Below are positions 30,631 through 40,881 of a stretch of DNA of 64,000 nt, piece after piece. The DNA lies in assembly GCA_951406725.2 (NCBI GenBank), contig OX597815.1, positions 44,888,001-44,952,000 on the forward strand, in the 5' to 3' direction. The stretch is from Octopus vulgaris (taxonomy: Eukaryota). The translations under genes and the position numbers were made by a program. Positions within the stretch are counted from its first letter, which is position 1, and each line of letters starts with the position of its first letter. A model generated the notes under the pieces. That model was given only the letters and a program-made list of their open reading frames with translations. It was not told where the DNA came from and did no database searches.

Positions 30631-30700
30631 TGACGTATGTTTAACCCCGCCCACTTTTGGTATTTTGGGCTATAAAAGGCCAGCGATTTCTCATTTCTAT
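30631..30700 (+). promoter_or_regulatory. Pol II core promoter (unit 1)
   Basis: TGACGTA at 30631, GC box CCCCGCCC at 30645-30652, TATAAAAG at 30671-30678. Identical in units 2-4. Confidence 0.7.
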
Positions 30701-30724
30701 CGAGGCACCAACACCGATCTAATC

Positions 30725-30786
30725 TGACATGATCTCAACTGATCTCGATCGGGGAAATTATAATCAGGTCAGTTGACATCAGGTCA
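30725..30786 (+). ncRNA. pre-miRNA-sized hairpin in exon 1 (also 38501-38562, 43881-43942, 53312-53373)
   Basis: 5' arm tgacatgatctcaactgatctcgat versus reverse complement of the 3' arm tgacctgatgtcaactgacct-gat, with a ~13-nt loop. Confidence 0.55.
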
Positions 30787-31024
30787 ACATACTTCGTTAC
30801 TGGTAAGTATACCAGGCGAGTACAAAACGAAGCTTTGTTTTGTTGACTTGCCAAGTCAGCATTAAAGTCTGCTTAGATGAGCATAAAATTATGTAAACTT
30901 GCTTGTTTACGTGCCCGTAACTAGCGGTTCGGCAAAAATACCGATAAAGTACCAGGCCCAGCAGATCACTTTTAATTTCCTCGATGATTAATTTGTATCA
31001 CTTGCATTCTATAGGAGCTCTGGG

Positions 31025-31276
31025 GTTCGATGAGAACCAACTTACCAACCTAGTCTGAAGGGAATAACACCTCGGTATTCTAGGACGAAGAAATCATGTA
31101 ATTGTGATGTAATTGTGATGACGTAACAATGCTTCGTGACAGGGTCCTCTTTCTCAGCCCTATCTAGCTCAGAGCCGGATATATAGAACGCTGTCACGAA
31201 GCATTCCATTCTTCGTCCTAGAATACCGAGGTGTTATTCCCTTCAGACCAGGTTGGTAAGTTGGTTCTCATCGAAC
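31025..31276 (+). repeat. Long inverted repeat / hairpin A (unit 1)
   Basis: Arms 31025-31092 and 31209-31276 are complementary at 67/68 positions. Inner stem 31128-31145/31188-31205; outer stem 31006-31023/31307-31324. Confidence 0.95.
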
Positions 31277-31609
31277 GCAGCCACCCTTACCCGTCTTGTG
31301 GATTAGCCAGAGTCTCTATAGAATACCGAGGTGTTATTCCCGCAGCCAGCCTTACCTGTCTTGTGGATTTACGGCACTCCTTCTGCCATTCAGATTACAT
31401 CTAATGAGACCGGGTTTAAATCTTTCCAGCGAGGCCGGTTGCAGCAAGAACTCCTCCGCCAGCAGACTCCTTAACACTCTCCAGGTGGCACCAGAGATAT
31501 CTCAGTCTCCCCAGACAACTCTTTAGCGGTTCCTGGCTGCACACGGAGCGCTTCACAAGTGATTTTCCCCCTCTCCACAAAAAGCGAAATAAGGAGTCGT
31601 TCCAGCTTG
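31209..31609 (-). mobile_element. Shuffled L1/Tx1-clade LINE ORF2 fragments, antisense to the putative transcript
   Basis: Minus strand reads KLERLL/FRFLWRGGKSLVKRSVC(S/C)QEPLKSCLG, matching the L1/Tx1 post-RT motif FxWxG...V...C..P...GGLG. Further peptide-like pieces EWQKECR*ALL, GNNTSVFYRD and FDENQLTNLV follow. Confidence 0.7.
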
Positions 31610-31613
31610 TTTA

Positions 31614-31950
31614 GCCCGATCCCTTCGACTAAAAATTGAAAGCAGTGCTCCTAACTTAACGGTTCGGCAAAAGGAACAATATAACATAAGTACCAGCGTT
31701 TCAAAAAAGCGCCCGATTCCTTCGACTAAAAATTGAAAGCGGAGCGCCTAACTTAGCGGTTCGGAAAAAGGACCCCGATACCTTCAAAAATTGGAAGCGG
31801 TGCTCCTAACTTAGCGGTTCGGCAGCGGTTCGGCAAAAGGACCAATAAAACATAAGTACCAGCGTTTCATAAAAGCGCCCGATTCCTTCGACTAAAAATT
31901 GAAAGCGGTGCTCCTAACTTAGCGCTTCGGCAAAAGGACCAATAAAACAA
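31614..31950 (+). repeat. ~95-bp minisatellite derived from the SINE family A body; copy number varies between units
   Basis: Unit 'cccgattccttcgactaaaaattgaaagcggtgctcctaacttagcggttcggcaaaaggaccaataaaacataagtaccagcgtttcaaaaaagcg'. Also at 39403-39690, 44755-44918 and 54186-54525. Confidence 0.85.
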
Positions 31951-32225
31951 TGATTAGGTCGGTTTTATGAACCCTTGAGTCTTTAAACACCCTCTGCAAC
32001 ATGCTGGTTGGTGTCATAACATAGTTGCAAGGTGTACGGGGAGTGTCACGTGACCGTATAGACTCTTAACCAGGCTCTTCTAGTGCAGGAAACCTGGGGG
32101 TTCCAACCAGAAATCGCAGTAATGTTTTAACTTCTACGTCTTGCCCTTTATTTTACAGGTAAAGGGCATATAGTTGATTCAAGAATTCACAGCACTTACA
32201 ATTAAACTTGATATAAAACTTGGCA

Positions 32226-32260
32226 AATAAAATATTTTAATGGTTTCGTTTGTTTTAGTA
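32226..32260 (+). terminator. Polyadenylation signal AATAAA with downstream GU/U-rich element
   Basis: 'aataaaatattttaatggtttcgtttgtttt'. A second AATAAA at ~32300 also has a U-rich tract. Confidence 0.45.
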
Positions 32261-32740
32261 TGAGTGAGAAAGAGACGCTGATTGGAACTTTTTAATACGA
32301 ATAAAATACAATAGAAATTTTTCGTTTATATTTGTGTTAATAGTATTGTTTCAGTGAGGAGCAGTGAGGTGTATTGTTTCAGTGGTGGGAAGAGAACAAA
32401 GATGATAAAATTCCCTTGACTCTACAATCATGGACTTATAGTCACCGCCCTTTATAAGCGGCGTCGTATTTGCAGGTTATGGTACTGGAATGACTTCTTC
32501 CCAGTATGTTTTCTCACCCCTTCCGTGATCAATAAAAATGAATCAAGTGCCTTATATTAGCGGAATACTTTTCTCGGTATTTGATCGGATTATCTACATT
32601 CAATTCAAACCTATCTTGGAACCAACTTTACTATTCTTCGTTTTTTCTCGATCGATATAAAAAAATCAAGCCAGAAGGGTCGATTGGCAGAACCATATGT
32701 GGGCGTTGTGATAGTTACAGCAATGCAGGTGTTAAATCAC

Positions 32741-33019
32741 CTGAATGTAAGTCAATTGGCGACCACCATTGTGACTTCCAGTTTCGTGCATAAATAGTGT
32801 AAGCCTCCCTTGGTCGATGTTATTATGCATCTACAATTCCACGTACCAAACTTATCGGCCTATAATAATCTTGCATGCATGGGCGGGTAGTCTTCTTCAA
32901 AACGTCAGGACCAGGTACGCACGTAGAATAGATACATGAACGTCGATCAGGGTGGGGCTACGCACTCTATGCACGAAAGTAGAGATCACAATGGTGCCCG
33001 CCTTTTGATTTACATTCAG
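32741..33019 (+). repeat. Long imperfect inverted repeat / hairpin B (unit 1)
   Basis: Left arm 32741-32847 (ctgaatgtaagtcaa..caccattgtga..tttcgtgcata..ggtcgatgtt..atcta) pairs with right arm 32914-33019 (tagat..aacgtcgatc..tatgcacgaaa..tcacaatggtg..ttgatttacattcag). Confidence 0.9.
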
Positions 33020-33899
33020 AGGTAAAAACCGATATCAAATTAAGACGTTACTATTGCTACACTTACTGCTGCTACACATCCTGAGAGACACTCGGTTGAT
33101 TAGGTCGGTTTTATGAACCCTTGAGTCTTTAAACAGGCACACTCCAGCCCCAGGCCCGCACGAGACCTCTGAAACATTACTGACGATGCATCCCAGAGCA
33201 TCTGCAAGTATTAGTAGTAGTAAGTAGTAAGTAGTAGTTAGGGTTAGGGTTTGATTTTGAAATTAAGGGAAAAAATGCATAGAAAAGATACATATACATA
33301 CATACACTTACATACACGCACACACGTACACACATGCACACATATATTAATAAATAAAATAAAATTTTAATTAGGACACCAAGTCAGGGTCAAGATTAGA
33401 TCATCATGCATATATGCATGCACATACAGACGTATTTTGAAATTTGCATAAACATGTACATGAACAAATCAAGATATACATCCATATAAATATCCATGTA
33501 TATGAAATTATGCATGCTGGCATGCTGTTTCCCGACCCACTGATTTCCTGACCCAACGTAGGGAAGTTTCTAGGTGTAGTGTTTACATAAAGAAAGAATA
33601 CAAGTGTGTTAAGCTTCACTACAGCTGTTTCAGACATGTTTTTAAAGATAATGATTTTCATTTGATTATAAACATATTTTGCAAGTAAGAATGTTTCGTA
33701 ATTCTTTGACTATGAGTGAGAGAATTGTGTGTGTGTATGCGCGCGCGTATGTGCGGTTATGTGTGTGCGCAAATGTGTGTGAGTTTGTGTGCATTTTCGT
33801 GTTTACGCGTGAGTCTGTGTGCTTGTGTGTAGATGGAATGATTTAAGATAACCGTCTACATAGATAACTAGCTAGCCGAATATATTAAATAAAAAGATC

Positions 33900-34530
33900 G
33901 ATTAGATTAGATTAGATTAGATTAGATTGGGTGGATGGATGGATGAATGGATGGATGGACGGATGGTTGAATGGATGGATGGATGGATGGATGGATGGAT
34001 GGATGGATGGATGGATGGAAGATGGATGAATGGATGGATGGTTGGATGGACGGATGGATGAATGGATGGATGGTTGGATGGACGGATGGATGAATGGATA
34101 GATGGATGGAAGGTGGATGGATGGATGGATGGACGGACGGACGGATGGATCCCTGGATGGGCGGATGGATAGGTACATAGATGGATGGGATAGCGATAGA
34201 GATAAGAGATGGATGGATGGATGGATGGATGGATGGATAAATGGATGATCGATGAAATGATGGATCGATGGATGGATCGATGGATGGAAGGATGGATGGA
34301 TGGGTAGGTAGATGAATGGATGGATGGATGGAGATTGGTAGAGATAAGGATAGCGATAGAGACAAGAGATGGATCGATGGATGGATGGATGGATGGATGG
34401 AAGGCTGGATGGCTGGATGGATGGATGGATAGATGGATGGAGATAGTGATAAGGATAGCGAAAGAAATAGTGATAGATAGAGATAGATATAGATAGATAA
34501 ATAGATAGAGAGATCTAGAGAGAGAGAGCA
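33900..34530. repeat. Compound (TTAGA)n-(GGAT)n-(GATA)n satellite at unit end (also 46866-47447, 56460-57024)
   Basis: Direct inspection. Confidence 0.95.
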
Positions 34531-34634
34531 ATGTATGTTTGTTTGTATTACACGTGTGCACCTCTTTATCAGTCTACATGTTCCTAAAAAAGAAACATTG
34601 TATAACATCATATCTATATATATATATATATATA

Positions 34635-34685
<51 letters not shown>

Positions 34686-34869
34686 GTATATAAGTGCATT
34701 TCTTATTGTCAATGTTGGAGAGGTTTATCGCATTAATTATAAATTCAGTTATATTTTTATTTGAATTATTCTTATTTATTTCTTACTTGACTTTTATTTA
34801 TTTTCGTTTGGAGAAACATTCCATGATCGTTAATGTTTTATTATTTCTCTGTTTACAAGGAATCAATGC

Positions 34870-34923
<54 letters not shown>

Positions 34924-35059
34924 TTAGAAATTTGACAATCGTCTGGGTAATCACATACTCCTTGTAGTATGTGATGGTCAAATGGATGTCGTCTGTTACT
35001 GTAGATTTCCTAGATCAAATTGGACCTGGAGCTAAGCAATAACAATAAAAATATTTCAA

Positions 35060-35176
35060 ACACTACCTTTATCATACTGAAAAGATCGGTTCTCGTCTGA
35101 TCACCGAAGTTAAGCAACGCCGAGTCTAATTAGTACTTAGATGAGTGATTGCTTCGGGAACCTACATGCTGTAATT
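35060..35176 (+). pseudogene. 5S rRNA-derived pseudogene (unit 2)
   Basis: Copy of 27185-27302. Confidence 0.82.
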
Positions 35177-35595
35177 AGTTTCAGATGCTGGCGTGGCTGT
35201 ATGTTGTAAGAAGTTTGCTTCCGAACCATAAAGTTCCGGATTCAAACCCACTGCGTGACATCTTGGGCAAGCGTCTTCGGCAAAAGCGGTTCAGCAACAG
35301 CGACGATGAAGACGACGATGAATAGACATTATTTGTGCGGCACATCTCCTCTGCTAGTCTTTTAATCGACCTGCAGTTCACCGCATTTGAGAAAAATGCT
35401 TACCTTTAAAAAAGAAAATACGGTTATATTTTCTTGTTTGCATTACTTTTGCAATATTTACACGTTACAAGATGACCGTCCAATCCCTTGTTAGTGGATT
35501 TGGTAAACGGAAACTGAAAGACACATGTCGTAGCAGTGCTCCAGCATGTCTTCAGTCAAATGACTGAAACAAGTTAAAGAATAAAAGAATGTGTA

Positions 35596-35664
<69 letters not shown>

Positions 35665-36785
35665 GTCTGTTTGTCTCTGTGCTTGTCCCCGACCACCGCT
35701 TGACAACTGGTATTATGTTTACGTTCTTGTAACTTCGCAGTTCGGCAAAAGACCTCAATAGAATAAGTAGTTTACAAAAAATGAGTACTGGGGTCGATTC
35801 ATTCCACTAAAACATTCTTCTAAGCGGTGCCCCAGCATGGCCACATTATAATGACTGAAACAAGATAAAAGATATTTTCGTGCTCGGTGTCACTAGAACT
35901 CGATGTCGATGATGAGTGAGAAGCCGATCAAGAAGCCATGGCGTCTCCTCTTTCAGCGTGGAACCGGCTGAAGACTAACAGCACCACTCTGTCTTCCTGT
36001 GCTGGTGGGATGAAAATAGAGATTAGAGATAGGAGATTAGCGAATGGTGGGAAATCACTAAGAAAAGCTGCAAAACATTAATGAAACTAGATAAAAATCA
36101 AATAAAATAGATATATAAATATATGTGTGTGTATGTATATATATATAAATATATATCCAAATTAGGGGAGTGGAACGGGTAAAATCTAGACTACATATGT
36201 TTCTTAGCGAGCCGATCCTCTAATGTAATAATTACTCAACGAGAGACACTCTGCTTGGCTAATCATCAGGCCGAGAATACCTTAATTACATAAACGTTAC
36301 GTTGTCGCTTGGAATGTCAAAGTTAACTCACCGCAGATGTGCGCTGAAATGAGTAGTGAAACTTCAAGAATAGAATAATAAAAAAACAAATACTTAAAGA
36401 AATAAAACGGCCAAAAAGGATGGGGTCAAATATGTGGGAGGAGAAGTCGTATAAAAAAGAAAGAACAGGAAAAAAATAAATGAAAGAAAGCAGTAGACGT
36501 TACTCCCTACGGAGATCCGCAACTACGCGGTTTTTCGAAAGGGATTCAATGTCCGATGTAATGTTGAGACTGGGAAACAACGAACTAATTAATATGCTGA
36601 CTGAAGTAGATATGATACAGATAAGTACCAAGCGCTCCTAGACAATAATTTGATAAATTTTGGTAAAGACCGCAGTTAGCAGTCGATCAACTATCGAAAA
36701 TTTAAGGGTCTTCTTGGGACCGTTTAAGCCAAAAATTGTCTGGGAGCAGCAATGAAGAGTCCAGATTGAGAAAGAAACGCAGCTC

Positions 36786-36853
<68 letters not shown>

Positions 36854-37061
36854 CACCATCATTATATATTTAACTATTTTCCTCTATGTTATCACAACTT
36901 TCAACTAAGTTTTCTAATCGTGTAATAAATACCTCACGCCATGGACACATCTCTCGCCCTCTTTTCTTTCTCCATCATTTTCTCTAATCACGTGAAAGCG
37001 TTTCCGACAGGCCAAGTAACGTGTATGTATGTGTGCATGAATGTACGATATACACACACAC

Positions 37062-37147
<86 letters not shown>

Positions 37148-37488
37148 TTACATAGATACATATACACAAGAATACATACAAGTTCAGGTTTATACCTGTA
37201 ATTATTGAGGTCCTGGGATATGTAATGCACTGCCTATATACCAATCTTGAGAAATTAGGCTTCCCAAAACCAGAAAGGAAACGGCTAATTCGAAGGCTAC
37301 AGATCAAATCTATCACTGGAACTATAAAGATTTGTAAAACATTCCAAAAGTTAATCGTTTAAAATATATATGTGCAAGTCTAGATATACAACTATATGCA
37401 TGAGAATACATACATAAGACATACATACGTACGTACGTACATACATACATACATACATACATACATACATACATACGTACGTACGTAC

Positions 37489-37519
<31 letters not shown>

Positions 37520-37538
37520 CACACACACATACACACCA

Positions 37539-37602
<64 letters not shown>

Positions 37603-37718
37603 GTACAAAAATACACTGTTGTTGATGTTGAAACACCAATGAAGGAACCTTGGATTTAGGTTAGAAACCGGTTCTTTCTATATTGGCAAGAAATCTTGAA
37701 ATAAACTGAATAATGACG

Positions 37719-37750
<32 letters not shown>

Positions 37751-38406
37751 CACACACACACTCATATATACATCTTCACACGTCCTGTTTTGTATTGAAT
37801 GTATGGGCCGTTGTAGCAAAGAATTATAGTTGTTGTTGAATGGATATGTTAATTTCAGAATATATAAAACTGAACAAAGAATAGCAGCAAAATAGTTGGT
37901 TCGATGACAGGTTTCAAATCTCAGCTGGATATGTTGCTCATTCTTCAGATATTTAATACCATTTTAATGGTTTCGGTATTTGATACAAAAGAGATGTTCC
38001 TTTTTTTTTCCTCAATCGGTTCTACACTTCGAATCTCGCTGGTATTATTGAATTTCTATTGCTGCAGAGTTTATTAAACAAATACCAGTAACATCATTGG
38101 CATTATTCTATGAACCGAGTAATGAAAGAGAAATAAAAGCAAGGCATAATCCGCAGTAAAAAAAAGTAGAACTTTGGAATTTTTTCAATTTTTCAAATAC
38201 ACTTGAAAGACAAAGATATGAATGCTATAAATCGTAATTTCAAAACTCCGACATTTTGAGAATGCAAAAAAAGAAAGTATTCTATTGTTACGTCATCACA
38301 ATTACATGATTTTTTAAACACAAATTGAAAGAATGGAAGATTTTAAAACAAATATTATTGCGTTCTGTTATACCTTTAGTCGAGAACTTTTGAGATATTC
38401 CATAAA

Positions 38407-39990
38407 TGACGTATGTTTAACCCCGCCCACTTTTGGTATTTTGGGCTATAAAAGGCCAGCGATTTCTCATTTCTATCGAGGCACCAGCACCGATCTAATC
38501 TGACATGATCTCAACTGATCTCGATCGGGGAAATTATAATCAGGTCAGTTGACATCAGGTCAACATACTTGGTTACTGGTAAGTATACCAGGCGAGTACA
38601 AAACGAAGCTTTGTTTTGTTGACTTGCCAAGTCAGCATTAAAGTCTACTTAGATGAGCATAAAATTATGTAAACTTGCTTGTTTACGTGCCCGTAACTTA
38701 GCGGTTCGTCAAAAATACCGATAAAGTACCAGGCCCAGCAGATCACTTTTAATTTCCTCGATGATTAATTTGTATCACTTGCATTCTATAGGAGCTCTGG
38801 GGTTCGATGAGAACCAACTTACCAACCTAGTCTGAAGGGAATAACACCTCGGTATTCTAGGACGAAGAAATCATGTAATTGTGATGTAATTGTGATGACG
38901 TAACAATGCTTCGTGACAGGGTCCTCTTTCTCAGCCCTATCTAGCTCAGAGCCGGATATATAGAACCCTGTCACGAAGCATTCCATTCTTCGTCCTAGAA
39001 TACCGAGGTGTTATTCCCTTCAGACCAGGTTGGTAAGTTGGTTCTCATCGAACGCAGCCACCCTTACCCGTCTTGTGGATTAGCCAGAGTCTCTATAGAA
39101 TACCGAGGTGTTATTCCCGCAGCCAGCCTTACCTGTCTTGTGGATTTGTCAAGAGTGCCTAACGGCACTCCTTCTGCCATTCAGATTACATCTAATGAGA
39201 CCGGGTTTAAATCTTTCCAGCCAGGCCGGTTGCAGCAAGCACTCCTCCGCCAGCAGACTCCTTAACACCCAGGTGGCACCAGAGATATCTCAGTCTCCCC
39301 ACACAACTCTTTAGCGGTTCCTGGCAGCACACGGAGCGCTTCACAAGTGATTTTCCCCCTCTTCACAAAAAGCGAAATAAGGAGTCGTTCCAGCTTGTTT
39401 AGCCCGATTCCTTCGACTAAAAATTGAAAGCGGTGCTCCTAACTTAACGTTTCGGCAAAAGGACCAATAAAACATAAGTACCAGCGTTTCAAAAAAGCGC
39501 CCGATTCCTTCGACTAAAAATTGAAAGCGGTGCTCCTAACTTAGCGGTTCGGCAGCGGTTCGGCAGCTGTTCGGCAAAAGGACCAATAAAACATAAGTAC
39601 CAGCGTTTCAAAAAAGCGCCCGATTCCTTCGACTAAAAATTGAAAGCGGTGCTCCTAACTTAGCGGTTCGGCAAAAGGACCAATAAAACAATGATTAGAT
39701 CGGTTTTATGAACCCTTGAGTCTTTAAACACCCTCTGCAACATGCTGGTTGGTGTCATAACATAGTTGCAAGGTGTTCGGGGAGTGTCACGTGACCGTAT
39801 AGACTCTTAACCAGGCTCTTCCAGTGCAGGAAACCTGGGGGTTCCAACCAGAAATCGCAGAAATGTTTTAACTTCTACGTCTTGCCCTTTATTTTACAGG
39901 TAAAGGGCATATAGTTGATTCAAGAATTCACAGCACTTACAATTAAACTTGATATAAAACTTGGCAAATAAAATATTTTTATGGTTTCGT
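38407..39990 (+). ncRNA. Putative hairpin-RNA gene with promoter (unit 2)
   Basis: TATA at 38447, donor at 38579, acceptor at 38791, hairpin A at 38802-39053. Hairpin B is deleted in this unit. Confidence 0.6.
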
Positions 39991-40227
39991 TTGTTTTAGT
40001 ATGAGTGAGGAAGAGACGCTGATTGGAACTTTTTAATACGAATAAAATACAAGAGAAATGATCGTTAATGTTTTATTATTTCTCTGTTTACAACGAATCA
40101 ATGCAACACACACACACAGATCAATTTAGAAATTTGACAATCGTCTGGGTTGGATGTCGTCTGTTACTGTAGATTTCCTACATCAAAATGGACCTGGAGC
40201 TAAGCAATGACGATAAAAATATTTCAA

Positions 40228-40344
40228 ACACTAATTTTATCATACTGAAAAGATCGGTTCTCGTCTGATCACCGAAGTTAAGCAACGCCGAGTCTAATTA
40301 GTACTTAGATGAGTGATTGCTTCGGGAACCTACATGCTGTAATT
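40228..40344 (+). pseudogene. 5S rRNA-derived pseudogene (unit 3)
   Basis: Copy of 27185-27302. Confidence 0.82.
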
Positions 40345-40776
40345 AGTTTCAGATGCTGGCGTGGCTGTATGTTGTAAGAAGTTTGCTTCCGAACCATAAA
40401 ATTCCGGATTCAAACCCACTGCGTGATATCTTCGGCAAGCGTCTTCGGCAAAAGCGGTTCAGCAACAGCGACGATGAAGACGACGATGAATAGACATTAT
40501 TTGTGCGGCACATCTCCTCTGCTAGTCTTTTAATCGACCTGCAGTTCACCGGGTTTGAGAAAATGCTTACCTTTAAGAAAAAAATACGGTTATATTTTCT
40601 TGTTTGCATTACTTTTGCAATATTTACACGTTACAAGATGACCGACCAAACCCTTTGGTAAACGGAAACTGAAAGACACATGTCGTAGCAGTGCTCCAGC
40701 ATGGCTTCAGTGAAATGACTGAAAAAGAATAAAAGAATGTGTATGTGTATGTGTGTACGTGTGCGTGTGCGTGTGC

Positions 40777-40881
<105 letters not shown>

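Larger units (their letters stand above)
30700..32250 (+). ncRNA. Putative spliced, polyadenylated non-coding hairpin-RNA gene (unit 1)
   Basis: Exon 1 ~30700-30802 with donor TG|GTAAGT. Acceptors at TTCTATAG|31015 and TTTTACAG|32159. AATAAA at 32226 with a downstream GT-rich tract. No ORF of note; contains long inverted repeats. Confidence 0.6.

Noticed and set aside
31030-31101. Editing-dependent read-through protein (HDV amber/W-like)
   Set aside because: Even if the UAG were edited, another TAG follows 10 codons later and then TAA, so no substantial ORF results.
31614-31950. CRISPR-like appearance of the ~95-bp repeats
   Set aside because: No unique spacers, the unit derives from a SINE body, the context is eukaryotic and there are no cas genes.
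32581-32793. 70-aa Cys-containing ORF
   Set aside because: TTG start, frame disrupted in unit 3, overlaps hairpin B, and no recognisable domain.
33238-33250. Telomeric (TTAGGG)2
   Set aside because: Only two repeats, not significant.
39008-39314. Plus-strand ORFs over hairpin A (also 31296, 44388, 53819)
   Set aside because: Non-ATG starts, frames differ between copies because of indels, and the sequence is antisense LINE.
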